From positions 1 to 64,000 of the forward strand of contig JACRMR010000002.1 in NCBI GenBank assembly GCA_016214895.1: 64,000 nt of DNA, written 5' to 3'. The translations under genes and the position numbers were made by a program. Shown here one piece after another: positions 46,882 through 56,984 of the stretch; the stretch's first letter is position 1, and each line of letters begins with the position of its first letter. The stretch is from Candidatus Zhuqueibacterota bacterium. Lineage in GTDB: Bacteria > Electryoneota > RPQS01. Under the pieces are notes generated by a model. That model was given only the letters and a program-made list of their open reading frames with translations. It ran no database searches and was not told the origin of the DNA.

Positions 46882-49551
46882 TTATGGACAGTGGAACGTG
46901 ACCACGTACTGTCGAAACGTCACCGGTGGACGACTGTCCGTGTAACTGACTGCACCGGCAATCGCCGCGGCGGCGTCCACCAACTCCCATGCCGGGTCGG
47001 CGCCCTCGTCGGGGTCGCCGTCGTTCTGCAAGTCGCTCGTGCTGTAGATCCGATAGTCCCCGTCGTGCAGCGCCGTCCAGAACAGCCGCACCCCGTCCAG
47101 CAGGCTGCGCGTGATTCGCAGATCGGGAACTGTATCGCAGGGAATTTGCACCTGCCCGCAATCGATCACGAGCGAGATCAGTCCGCAGGTCGTGCCCACC
47201 GTACTTTCATCGTAAGCGGAAACGCCAAGATAGTAGGTCCCGGGCCACAGCGAGTCGCAGCCCTGCTCCGTGTTGTACCGGCCCGTCAGCTCCAGCCCCG
47301 GATAGTTCACGTCCTGGCTGAAGATACAAGTGCTGTCCGGATTTGCACAATCCGTGAAGATTGCGAATTGAACGTCGCCGCCGAACGAAAGTGTATCGCC
47401 CGTGACCGTAAAGCAATACTCCCCGGCCGCGGTGACGACCAGGCGGGCGAACTGCTGCGGCCCGGCAATCCAGTGCGGACCCTCGCAGTTCGCTTCGGCC
47501 GTGCCGGGATAAAGTAAACAGCCGTCGCACGTATTCAGAAGCAGCGCGCTGTCGCACGTCGCCGTGACGGAGTTGGCGCAGGAAATCGTGCAGACGCCCA
47601 ACGCGAGTTCGCTCAAACGGAGTTGGTAGTCCCCGCTGCCGGCCGCGAACGCCGCTTCCACCGATACAATGACATCGGCCGGGCCGTCGATCAGCCACCC
47701 GGTGGAGGTCGGAGGTTGACCGCCCGTTGCATCCTGGCAGGTGACCGGATCGAACAGCGACAACACCACAGCCGCCGGCTGAAGCAGGCAGTCCGTGTCC
47801 GATCCGCTATGAACTTCCAGCGTCGCCCGGATTCCCGCTGGAATGGACCAAGAGTAGAAATCGCGATCCCCAATCGGACAGACCGTCCCCGCGAGCGTCA
47901 TGGCCCCACCGAGCACGCTCGGGTCAAGCGTTGCGCCGCAGATGCTATTCGGCTCTAATTCCGTGACGTCGCCGACGCAAAACTGCGGCAACATCGAGCA
48001 CGGAAGCTGCAAGTCGGTCGTCAGCGCCAGGATGTAGCTTGACTGACACGCCGTGACGGAGCTGTCCGTCAGCTCGACGCGAATGTAGTACTCTCCGACC
48101 GGCAAGGCGAATGTCTCACAGTAATTGCTGCAGGCCGGAACACTGGCAGCCGCGAGACAGGGTAGAGTGTCACAATTCTCCACGGTGGACATGAGCACTA
48201 ATCGCGTCGCATGCTGCGGCGCGAAGCAAATCGTGACGTCCGCGGACAGCGATAATACCAGCCGATACCAATCCGTGTCGTGAAGGAGTGAATCGTTGCG
48301 AACAAACGCTCCGGCCGCGCCCCAAACGGTTTCGTTCCCGGCGAGATCCACGAACGCAAACGGCAGGGATTCACAGCCGCCGTTGAACTGGTCGGTGTAG
48401 TCGGGGCCGCAGGGGGGCTCGCCTTCGTCAATCGCAAGACTTGGCCGCAGCAGCGTGCACGACGCGCACGGCGCGGACAGCAGCTGAAGCTGGTAGTCGC
48501 TGCCGCCGGTCAGGGAGTCGTCGGAGAGCGGATAGTAATAATCACCGGCCGCGAGGTTTGTCCAACTCAGAATAACGTTGCCATCCCCGCAGGACGCCGA
48601 ATTCAGCGTAGCGGCGGCGCTCAGTGTGGCGCAGTCGCAGTCCCGTGCCAGATTCAACCAGACCGCGGAGAGCACCGGCAGCGAGCCACACAGCCGCAGC
48701 TCCACGTCCGCGCACTCCGGCAACGTGAATCCGATCCAAACATGGCGGCCGGGAAAAGTCGGGCAATCTTCCGTCGCGCAGCGCGTCGCCCCACTCATCA
48801 CGGCGGGCAACGTCTGGAGCGCGACACTCACGCAACTGTCGTTCGGCGGTTGCACCGTGCATGGCGGATGCAGATCGATTCGCAAATCATATTGGCCGCC
48901 GACGGACTCGACGCCGTCGATCACGATGAAGTACTGCTCGCCCGGCTGTAGTACCATCGAATCCAGTCGGGATGCGGTAGGCGTTCCGCCGTTATTCAGG
49001 CAGCCGTCATCGTCGCAGGCGATCACCGTTTCCCCGCAACTGCCGGACAGGAGATACAGCTCCGTGTCAAAGGCTGACTGGCACAGCGTAATATCCACTG
49101 CGGTTGTCGAGTCCACCGTCACAAAATAGAAGACATCGGGGGCGTTGTGGCCGATCGCGGGACACGGCACTTCGATATCGTCGGCATAGCCGATCGTGGT
49201 TCCCGTCGCCTGGTAGGGCAGGGATTCCACCGCGGTCGCCGTTAGACAATCGTCGCCGCCCTGATCCAGCGTCGGTCGCTCACTTTGCCGTGGTGCGTCC
49301 ACTCGCAGCAACACCGGCCCGGCTCGCCGCACCGGAGCCAGCGGTGTCACCATCGGCGGCGCCGTTCGCCGGGCGGATGGGAGCGCGCGTGGAAGTTCGG
49401 CCCGCCACCGTGTTACCGTGCGCCCGGAGGTCCCGCGAGCCGGGGAGTCTTGCTGACCCCCGAGCGCGGCGGCCGCTACGATGAACCAAAGGCCTGCAAT
49501 GCGATACCAACGCCGCAAGTAACCCGACCTCTCTATTTGGTGATGAGACAT
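46882..49551 (-). CDS. large secreted Cys-rich protein with multiple PPC-like domains; non-T9SS C-terminus ...FRQYVVTFHCP (889 aa)
   Basis: N-terminal hydrophobic segment IAGLWFIVAAAALG. PPC-like block (DVFYFVTVDSTTAVDITLCQS...GEQYFIVIDGV...GQYDLRIDL). C-terminal ~80 aa alignable with the C-terminus of 4069-5094. Confidence 0.7.
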   Translation of the reverse strand: MSHHQIERSGYLRRWYRIAGLWFIVAAAALGGQQDSPARGTSGRTVTRWRAELPRALPSARRTAPPMVTPLAPVRRAGPVLLRVDAPRQSERPTLDQGGDDCLTATAVESLPYQATGTTIGYADDIEVPCPAIGHNAPDVFYFVTVDSTTAVDITLCQSAFDTELYLLSGSCGETVIACDDDGCLNNGGTPTASRLDSMVLQPGEQYFIVIDGVESVGGQYDLRIDLHPPCTVQPPNDSCVSVALQTLPAVMSGATRCATEDCPTFPGRHVWIGFTLPECADVELRLCGSLPVLSAVWLNLARDCDCATLSAAATLNSASCGDGNVILSWTNLAAGDYYYPLSDDSLTGGSDYQLQLLSAPCASCTLLRPSLAIDEGEPPCGPDYTDQFNGGCESLPFAFVDLAGNETVWGAAGAFVRNDSLLHDTDWYRLVLSLSADVTICFAPQHATRLVLMSTVENCDTLPCLAAASVPACSNYCETFALPVGEYYIRVELTDSSVTACQSSYILALTTDLQLPCSMLPQFCVGDVTELEPNSICGATLDPSVLGGAMTLAGTVCPIGDRDFYSWSIPAGIRATLEVHSGSDTDCLLQPAAVVLSLFDPVTCQDATGGQPPTSTGWLIDGPADVIVSVEAAFAAGSGDYQLRLSELALGVCTISCANSVTATCDSALLLNTCDGCLLYPGTAEANCEGPHWIAGPQQFARLVVTAAGEYCFTVTGDTLSFGGDVQFAIFTDCANPDSTCIFSQDVNYPGLELTGRYNTEQGCDSLWPGTYYLGVSAYDESTVGTTCGLISLVIDCGQVQIPCDTVPDLRITRSLLDGVRLFWTALHDGDYRIYSTSDLQNDGDPDEGADPAWELVDAAAAIAGAVSYTDSRPPVTFRQYVVTFHCP

Positions 49552-49685
49552 CTGAATGTGTTCCTACTGTCTGCAATATACATTCCCTCCCGCCGATTTG
49601 CAATGGTTCATGACCCCACGCCGGAGAACGCGCCCGCGCCAACGTCAGCTGGTTCTTCCCGGAGGTCAAGCCTGATGATCTGCCC

Positions 49686-51050
49686 ATGAATATTTTGCTG
49701 CAACACCTCGCTGCCGTGTTCCAATCCGCGGAGCGCGAACTGCGCGATGCCGATATCCTACTCAGCGATGAACGGATCGTCGAGGTCGGGCAGGCGATCG
49801 AACCGCCCGCAGGGGCACAAGTTATCGATTGCCGGGGTAAGGTAGCGATCCCGGGACTTATCAACTGCCACCACCATTTCTTTCAGATTCTCACCCGCTG
49901 TTTGCCCGGTGCGCAGGACGCGAAGTTGTTTGACTGGCTGGTCTTCCACTATCCCGTCTGGCGGCACATGAATCCCGCGGCGTTCCGCGCCGCCAACAGG
50001 CTGGCGATTTGTGAATTGCTGCTCACCGGCTGTACGACGACCTCGGATCACCTCTACCTCTTTCCGCAGGCCCAGTCCGAGGATCCGCTGTCGCTGCAAG
50101 TCGAGAACGCGCGCGAACTCGGCATCCGCTATTGTGGCACTCGCGGCTCCATGTCACGCGGCCGCTCGCAGGGCGGTCTCCCGCCGGACGATTTGTGCGA
50201 AGCTGACGAGCGCGTCCTCCTCCACAGCGAAGATTCGATTCGTCGTTATCATGATCCGCGGCCATTCGCCATGTCGCAACTGCACCTCGCCCCTTGCAGT
50301 CCGTTCAATGTCACGCGTGACCTGCTGATCCAGACGGCGCGACTGGCCCGCAAACACGGCGTCCGGCTGCATACACATCTGGCCGAGACGACCGACGAGC
50401 ACGAGTACTGTCGCGAAGTTTACGGCTGCACTCCCCTCGAACTCATGGAACAGGTCGAGTGGCTTGGACCCGATGTATGGTTCGCGCACGGCGTCTGTTT
50501 TTGCGATGCCGAGCTCGACGCACTGGCGACCGCGCGATGTGGAATCTGTCATTGCCCGTCCAGCAACATGCGCCTCGGGTCGGGCGTGGCGCGGGTTCCC
50601 GAGATGCTGTTGCGGGATATTCCGCTCGGCCTCGGTGTGGATGGCAGCGCGTCCAACGACAGCTCGGATATGCTGGGCGAACTCAGACAGGCGATGCTGC
50701 TCGCCCGAATGAACTATGGCGCCGCCGCGATGAATGCGCGCACGGTCTTGCGGATGGCCACCGAAGGGTCCGCACGCCTGCTCGGTCGGCCTGAACTGGG
50801 CCGGATCGAACCGGGAATGGCGGCGGACATCGCGGTTTTCGACGTGGAACGTCTCGGCTTCGCCGGGGCCGCCGATCCTATCGCTGCCCTGCTGTTCTGC
50901 GGCTTCGACCACCGGGCCTGGCTCGTCATGGTCAACGGGCGAATCCTCGTCGAGAAGGGCCGCCTGACCACCGCGGACGAAACCCAGATTGCCGCCGATG
51001 CCGTTCGAGAGGCACGAGCGATGTGGGCAAGATCCGGCGTGATTCGGTAG
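49686..51050 (+). CDS. metal-dependent amidohydrolase of the 8-oxoguanine deaminase/chlorohydrolase (TRZ/ATZ-like) family (454 aa)
   Basis: HxH motif in AIPGLINCHHHFFQILTR. Downstream HTH...AET, FAHGV, VGLGVDGSASNDS motifs fit the amidohydrolase family. Specific substrate not determinable. Confidence 0.8.
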   Translation: MNILLQHLAAVFQSAERELRDADILLSDERIVEVGQAIEPPAGAQVIDCRGKVAIPGLINCHHHFFQILTRCLPGAQDAKLFDWLVFHYPVWRHMNPAAFRAANRLAICELLLTGCTTTSDHLYLFPQAQSEDPLSLQVENARELGIRYCGTRGSMSRGRSQGGLPPDDLCEADERVLLHSEDSIRRYHDPRPFAMSQLHLAPCSPFNVTRDLLIQTARLARKHGVRLHTHLAETTDEHEYCREVYGCTPLELMEQVEWLGPDVWFAHGVCFCDAELDALATARCGICHCPSSNMRLGSGVARVPEMLLRDIPLGLGVDGSASNDSSDMLGELRQAMLLARMNYGAAAMNARTVLRMATEGSARLLGRPELGRIEPGMAADIAVFDVERLGFAGAADPIAALLFCGFDHRAWLVMVNGRILVEKGRLTTADETQIAADAVREARAMWARSGVIR

Positions 51051-51292
51051 CTGGTTGTACCGGATCAGTCTGCCAGAACCGTTGCGGGAGAGCAGCGTAT
51101 CAAAACGTTATATTTCAGGTCGAAATGGTGAAATGACAGATTCGGGCTCACATGACTCGCTGCGTCCAAGACCGATACCGAATCGGCCGGGCCGCACAAC
51201 GGCCTATTGCATTTTCGCCCGCTCGTCCTATCTTGTCAGGATTGAATCGATCTTGACCCATTCCTAAGATTAACGACCCGGCTGCCATAATC

Positions 51293-52237
51293 GTGACCAA
51301 CTCTTCCGATAGTCGCCTCGATGAAGACCTGCGCGATCTGACCGAGCTTCGCGCCGGATCGCAAGGCGCCGCCAACCGGCTGATCAACAGGTACCAGAAA
51401 CCCCTTACAGGCTTCGTGCTCGGACACTGCACTTGCGCCCGCGATCAAGCCGCCGATCTCGTGCAGGAAATCTGGATCCGCACACTTCCCGAACTGACCA
51501 AGCCCGCAGATGCCGGGGGCTACGATCCCGCCAAAGGGTCGTTCTATACTTTTCTGATTAACCGCCACGCTCGCTATCTCGTCCTGCAGTTCATCGATCG
51601 CACACGCCGCCGCCCGGAATCCGTGGTTGCATCGGCGGATGATGGTGCCGTGGAATCGCGATCCGCGCTGACCGACGAGCAGGACAATGCTGAGTCCCTC
51701 CTCATCAAGCGCGAGGAGCTGCGCCGGCGCCACGATCTGCTCACCGAGTGCTTTCGGTTGACCTTTCTCCACGGCGGCTATCCCCATCAAGTACTCGCCT
51801 TTGGATTCTCCAAACTCATCCTGGGCCAATCTACGCGTCGCGACTCCGTGAACTCGGCCGCCGGCGCTAAACGCAGACGCGAGATCGAAGGCGATCCGCA
51901 ACGGCTGGATACCGAACGTGGCGGAGAGGACCTGAAGCAGCTTGCGGACGCCTTCTGGGAGTGTTTTCAGCGCGGCTCCGGGCTCGATCAGCCCGCTTTG
52001 GACCGCCTCGCCCAGGCGATGCAACCGACTCGCAACAGCCTCCCGCTGACCGTCGAACAAATGGCGGTCGGCAACCGTCTCTTTCTGGACCATCATGCGG
52101 CCATCGCCGGACGAATCGTCGGCCAGACCGCCTTGCGGGACTACTATGGCGCCCGCGGCCTGAATGCGATTGCCGACTGGTGCGACAAGGTCCAGAACCG
52201 GGTTCGTGATAGGCTTGGAGTAGGTCGGCATAAGTGA
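51293..52237 (+). CDS. ECF-type sigma-70 family sigma factor with ~130-aa C-terminal extension (314 aa)
   Basis: Region 2 motifs DLVQEIWIRTL and FYTFLINRHARYLVLQFIDRTRRR. Degenerate region 4. Long C-terminal tail. Confidence 0.65.
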   Translation: MTNSSDSRLDEDLRDLTELRAGSQGAANRLINRYQKPLTGFVLGHCTCARDQAADLVQEIWIRTLPELTKPADAGGYDPAKGSFYTFLINRHARYLVLQFIDRTRRRPESVVASADDGAVESRSALTDEQDNAESLLIKREELRRRHDLLTECFRLTFLHGGYPHQVLAFGFSKLILGQSTRRDSVNSAAGAKRRREIEGDPQRLDTERGGEDLKQLADAFWECFQRGSGLDQPALDRLAQAMQPTRNSLPLTVEQMAVGNRLFLDHHAAIAGRIVGQTALRDYYGARGLNAIADWCDKVQNRVRDRLGVGRHK

Positions 52238-52356
52238 CCGGCCCGGACTCCGCAATCTCGTGCATGATTCCTCGCCCGCTTTCGACCTGTCCCGCGAGAA
52301 CTCCGCCCCCCCTGCGTAATTGAGCATGAACTCCCGATGCCAGTCGGATCATTAGC

Positions 52357-53145
52357 ATGAATCACCTCAACGACAACATCCTCTTGGCCTACGTGGCTAA
52401 TGAGATCGCCGATGACGTCCGGATCAGTACGGATCGGCATCTCAGCGAGTGTGACGATTGTGTTCGACGTGTCCGCGCACTACTCGCCCTGCGCGGTTCC
52501 TTCGAGGAGGTCTGGATGTCCTGGAGCGCGGATGAACATGCGCGCATCGCGCGTCAATTGCAATTGCTGCAGGCGCTGAATCCTGCCACCGAGTCCTTGT
52601 CGAAACGCGCGGCCGAGTGGCTGAGCGCGATTTCCGCGGGTGCCGAACTCGCTGTCAGTGTGCTGTTGCATCGCGGCGAGCGTGTCGCCGGACTCGCAGC
52701 GAGCAGCCTGCCGCCCGCATTCCGATTCGAATTTCATCCGGCCATCTCCGGCGTCGGCTCGCCCGCCGAAGAAGCACTGCTCGATCGCATGATTGCCGAC
52801 AGCAGCGTGGCGCTCGCGGACCATCAGACCGAACGGGCGCTGGCCGCGCTGCGAGAGGTTTCGCACATCAATGCGATCGTGGCGCAGTCCGCGTCGTCGA
52901 TCATCTACCGCGATAACCGTAAGTACGCGGAAATTGTGGCTGACGGCCGCCGCGGATCGCTGATGGTCAAACACTGGCCGGGCCCGAATCCATCCGCGGA
53001 ATACGTCCTGCTGATCCCCGCCGACCCGACGAAACTCCCCGCGCTCGGTGTGCTCGCTGCGGTCGCAGGCGAAGAGTATTTGCTGGCGGCCTTTGCCGAC
53101 TTTCCCGACGGCGCCTGTGATGTGATTATCGGGCCGTCGCGCTAA
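52357..53145 (+). CDS. zf-HC2 (ChrR/RsrA-like) putative anti-sigma factor (262 aa)
   Basis: N-terminal MNHLNDNILLAYVANEIADD...HLSECDDCVRRV matches the zf-HC2 anti-sigma signature. It is adjacent to the sigma gene. Confidence 0.65.
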   Translation: MNHLNDNILLAYVANEIADDVRISTDRHLSECDDCVRRVRALLALRGSFEEVWMSWSADEHARIARQLQLLQALNPATESLSKRAAEWLSAISAGAELAVSVLLHRGERVAGLAASSLPPAFRFEFHPAISGVGSPAEEALLDRMIADSSVALADHQTERALAALREVSHINAIVAQSASSIIYRDNRKYAEIVADGRRGSLMVKHWPGPNPSAEYVLLIPADPTKLPALGVLAAVAGEEYLLAAFADFPDGACDVIIGPSR

Positions 53146-53205
53146 TTCCCCAAGCCCTCCGCAATCGCCCGTGCCCGCTTCGCGTTCCGCCGAGCGGGCC
53201 ATTCC

Positions 53206-55170
53206 ATGTTACATCCCGCAACCCCACAAGACCTCCCGCACGAGCGCGTCAGAATCGTCATCATCCCGGCCGATGGCATTCGAGCGCCCATCGAACGCGT
53301 GTTCGCTCAGCCGGTGATTCGCGTCGGACGACCCGATCCGGCCAATCCCGGCCAAGCGCCCGAGCTGAACTTGCATCCGGACATGACGGTGAGCCGGGAG
53401 CATGCCACGATTCTGCGTCAGGGTGCACGCTGGCTCGTCGAAGATCAACGGAGCAAGCACGGTACCGCCCTCAACGGGAAACAAATTCAAGGCGCCGGCG
53501 CCGTTGAAATTCCGTTCGGCGCGCTGATCCGAACCGGCGATTCGCTGTGGACGTTGATCCCGGAAGATTGGTGGTCCGTGCCGTTCGACTCCGTCCTGAT
53601 CGTGGCCCCCTGTGCACGCGTCCTCAACTACGCATCGTATCATTGCGGCATGCCGATCATGCCGCGACTGGTCGCGATCAACACGGCGCGCAGCGTGTCA
53701 CGCCCGTTCATGCTGCGGCTGCAGGTCTCCGGACTTTCGACTCCCGTGGACATCCGAGTGGCGCCACTCGAACCTGAAATGTCGCGGGAAATCGCCGTGC
53801 CTGCCCTGGCGTTTGACACGGCTTCACTGCGCGCGCAGATCGAACCCATCCGCGCCTCGATCCGGTTGGACTATGAAGCCAAACTCGGAGTCGAGCCTTC
53901 CGTGGATACCTTGGGCGGCCGCGGCGCGCTTCCGCAATACCCGCCTGATGCGACACCGCTCCGGTTGCGTGGTGAGCGCGAGCTGACGGTGCTGGGCTTC
54001 TGGGACTGGCCGTATGATTCCGCTTCACGACGCACGATCGCGGCGTTCGTTACCCCGCGCAATCCGGCCGTCGAACGGATCATAAACGAAGCACAAGCTA
54101 AGCCCGGCGCACGCGCGTTTCGTGAACTCCTGCGGACCGGTGCCCCTGACGCCGAACTCGAAATTCTCCGCTCCTTATACGACTTTCTGGCCACGCAGCG
54201 GTGTATTCACTATGAGGATCCGAAGCTCAAGTCCGGCGTGGCGTTGACCCCCTATCAGTCGATTCGATCCCCGCACCGCATCTTTCACGGTGATAACCCC
54301 CGCGATCCCGGGCGCGCCACCTGCATCGACCTCGCGGTGTTGTTTGCCGCGTGTCTCGAGCATGTCGGGCTGTGCCCCTTGATCATCTTCTCCGGTGCCG
54401 CTGATATCGCGCCGCGTCACGCGCTCGTCGGAGTGTGGGTCGGTTCGACACCGGGAGGTCAACCGGTCATCGACGATCAGGCCATGCTGATCCGCGAAAT
54501 CCGCTCCGGCCGGATGCACACGGTCGAAGGCACCGGAGTCACCCTCGATGTCGGTGGCGGCAAACCGCGCCTCGCGTTCGCCGATGCGGTCGCGCAGGCC
54601 GCCGCGCTGATCGAACGCGCCGCATGGGTGAGCGCCGTCGATGTGCTGGCGTTGCGGCCGCCGCACGGCACCATTACGCCACTTGAGAATGCCTACGAAC
54701 CGGAAGTCGCGCGTATCTATGACGAGTGCCGGCGGCTGGCGACCGTGCAGGGAGCGCGACATGTGGAGACCGGGCATCTCTTTTGCGCGATCATCACGGC
54801 AGGCGGGGAAATCACCGACCGCTTGTTCTCGCGCATGAATCTGAATCTTGCCGAAATGCGCGCGGCGGTCCGGGGACCCGAATTGGCCCGCGAGGGCATT
54901 TTGCGCGTGGTCGCGACGCAAAACGTGCTCGAGACGCAGCAGCTGGCGTTCAACTTTGCGCGCGATGCCGGTTCGCCCTCCGTGCGCGAACAGGATTTGC
55001 TCTGGGCCGTCATGCAAAAGGCGCCGCTCAGCCCCAAGCTGCAGGACCTGCTGCGCAAGTTGCAAATTGACCTGGCGCGCATGCGCGAACTGCTCGCCGA
55101 CGAGTTTCCCTCGCCGTTGCTGGCGGCGACCGGCGTGTTCGCAAATGAGCGCTTAGGCCAAGCCGAATGA
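53206..55170 (+). CDS. multidomain FHA - transglutaminase-like (TGc Cys/His core) - Clp-N-repeat protein (654 aa)
   Basis: FHA domain (VIRVGR...DMTVSREHATIL...WLVEDQRSKHGTALNGKQI). TGc-like GRATCIDLAVLFAACLEHVGLCPLIIFSG...HALVGVWV. Clp-N-like repeats (ARHVETGHLFCAII..., SPSVREQDLLWAVMQ). Stop overlaps the next start (ATGA). Confidence 0.7.
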   Translation: MLHPATPQDLPHERVRIVIIPADGIRAPIERVFAQPVIRVGRPDPANPGQAPELNLHPDMTVSREHATILRQGARWLVEDQRSKHGTALNGKQIQGAGAVEIPFGALIRTGDSLWTLIPEDWWSVPFDSVLIVAPCARVLNYASYHCGMPIMPRLVAINTARSVSRPFMLRLQVSGLSTPVDIRVAPLEPEMSREIAVPALAFDTASLRAQIEPIRASIRLDYEAKLGVEPSVDTLGGRGALPQYPPDATPLRLRGERELTVLGFWDWPYDSASRRTIAAFVTPRNPAVERIINEAQAKPGARAFRELLRTGAPDAELEILRSLYDFLATQRCIHYEDPKLKSGVALTPYQSIRSPHRIFHGDNPRDPGRATCIDLAVLFAACLEHVGLCPLIIFSGAADIAPRHALVGVWVGSTPGGQPVIDDQAMLIREIRSGRMHTVEGTGVTLDVGGGKPRLAFADAVAQAAALIERAAWVSAVDVLALRPPHGTITPLENAYEPEVARIYDECRRLATVQGARHVETGHLFCAIITAGGEITDRLFSRMNLNLAEMRAAVRGPELAREGILRVVATQNVLETQQLAFNFARDAGSPSVREQDLLWAVMQKAPLSPKLQDLLRKLQIDLARMRELLADEFPSPLLAATGVFANERLGQAE

Positions 55171-56984
55171 CAACGGTGCTGCCCGCCGTCCTCGCCGCTC
55201 TTTGTTACCCGCTGGCCGCCGGCCTCTGCCTGTTCGCCCTCGCGCGCTTCCTCTATCCTACTCCCGCCCGGGTCAATGCGGTGTTCAGTCAATATCGCCG
55301 GCCCCCGAAACTCCGCAAGCTGATTGTTGCCTGGTTTCTGATCATGGTGGGCGTGTTCATCGCCGTACAGGTCATCCGTGTCCCGATCCTGTTCAGTACG
55401 CTCGATCGGATCGCCGGGCAGCAAGCGGGGTCGTGGAAATCGGTCGTGGGCGTGATCGGATTCTGCGGTTTGATCGCGACGGAACTTGTGATCGCGGCTA
55501 ACTGGCTCATCTACATCGGGTACGCATGGCTGGGTGCTTCGCGATATCAACTGCCGGTCCCGCAGCCCGGGAATTCGCGCGTGGTGCCCGTGGCCGTGGT
55601 CATTGCCTGCTGCGATGAGGACCCGCGGATTCTCGAACGCAGTCTATCGTCGTGCGCCCGACTGAATTACCCCGACTTCGAGGTGTTCCTCCTTGAGAAC
55701 TCCCGGCGACCTGACGCCAAAGCCGCGGCGATCGATCTGGCGAAGCGCTGCGGCGCGACGATCATTGATCTGCCGAACCGCGGCCATAAGCAGGGCGCCA
55801 TGAACGATGGCGTGCCCTTCATCGACCGCCGCTATGAATACTGGGCCGTGCTGGATGCCGATCAGCGAGTCCGCCGGAATTTCCTCGGTGAGCTTGTCCC
55901 GCTCTTGAGCGGCGATGAGCGGGTCGCGTTCGTGCAGACGCCGCAGTTCTACGAGAACTCCGACGAATCCTGGTTGACCCGCGCGGCCGCGCAACAGGAG
56001 ATGCTCTCCTACGATACCGTGATGGAGGGCAAGGGCGCGCTCGAACGCGCGATGTGTTGCGGCACCAACTACGTGATTCGACGCTCGGCCATCGAAAGCG
56101 TCGGCGGCTACGATGAAACCTCGCTGTCCGAAGATATGATCATGTCGTATCGCCTGCATTGCGCTGGCTGGAAATCGCTCTTTGTGCGCCGGGCCTATGC
56201 GTTCGGGATCGGGCCGCGGGACCTGTCGGCGTACTGGAAACAGCAGCGACGCTGGGTGATCGGCAACACGACCATCGCCAAGGAGATCGTCCTGTCGGCG
56301 TTCTCCGCGCGACGCAAGCAGATTCCGTTGAGCGTCGGCATCGAATACTTGTGGAGCTCCGGCTACTACATTGCCACGTTGCTGCTGGCCGCGCTCGCTA
56401 CCGTGCCGATGCTCATGTTGACCTATCATCTCCTGCGCTTCGGGATCGACGCCACGTTTCCCGTCGGCGGCGGTTCGGAATGGCTGTACCTCTCCGTGCT
56501 GCCCTTCTACGCGGTGGTGATGGCCTTTCCCTATCTGCATATGCGACTGCGCGGCTACCGGCTGCGACACCTGCTCATGGTGCAGGGAATCCTCGCCGTG
56601 ACCATGCCCGTTTATGCGACCGGAGTGCTTCGTGCATTACGCAAACGGGATATGAAATGGGACGTCTCACCGAAGGCGCGCGGAGCGCGGATCAACCTCC
56701 TCACATCGCCGCAAACCTATGTATTTCTTGCGGCGCTGGCGGTTGGTTCCGTTCTTGCCTTTCGCCTCGGTGAGCGGCCCCAGGCACCGCTCGGCTGGGT
56801 CGCGTTGTTCTGGCTGTTCTTCTATACGATCAGCTTCGGACACTTCTTCTTCTATGCCGCAAATCCGCGGGCGGACGCCGCGCTTGAGACCGACCTGCCC
56901 GAAGACACGACCGCAGTTGATCACAGTTACGCGGAGGCGGAAGGAACTGCATCCGCGTCACGCAGGGAGGCGATTCCTGAATGA
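55167..56984 (+). CDS. family-2 processive glycosyltransferase, cellulose-synthase-like membrane synthase (605 aa), no PilZ domain
   Basis: Motifs VIACCDEDP (D,D), VLDADQ (DxD), QTPQFY, SEDMIMSYRL (TED), QQRRW (QxxRW). Multiple TM helices on both sides of the catalytic domain. The C-terminus lacks the RxxxR/DxSxxG PilZ motifs. Confidence 0.85.
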   Translation: MTTVLPAVLAALCYPLAAGLCLFALARFLYPTPARVNAVFSQYRRPPKLRKLIVAWFLIMVGVFIAVQVIRVPILFSTLDRIAGQQAGSWKSVVGVIGFCGLIATELVIAANWLIYIGYAWLGASRYQLPVPQPGNSRVVPVAVVIACCDEDPRILERSLSSCARLNYPDFEVFLLENSRRPDAKAAAIDLAKRCGATIIDLPNRGHKQGAMNDGVPFIDRRYEYWAVLDADQRVRRNFLGELVPLLSGDERVAFVQTPQFYENSDESWLTRAAAQQEMLSYDTVMEGKGALERAMCCGTNYVIRRSAIESVGGYDETSLSEDMIMSYRLHCAGWKSLFVRRAYAFGIGPRDLSAYWKQQRRWVIGNTTIAKEIVLSAFSARRKQIPLSVGIEYLWSSGYYIATLLLAALATVPMLMLTYHLLRFGIDATFPVGGGSEWLYLSVLPFYAVVMAFPYLHMRLRGYRLRHLLMVQGILAVTMPVYATGVLRALRKRDMKWDVSPKARGARINLLTSPQTYVFLAALAVGSVLAFRLGERPQAPLGWVALFWLFFYTISFGHFFFYAANPRADAALETDLPEDTTAVDHSYAEAEGTASASRREAIPE

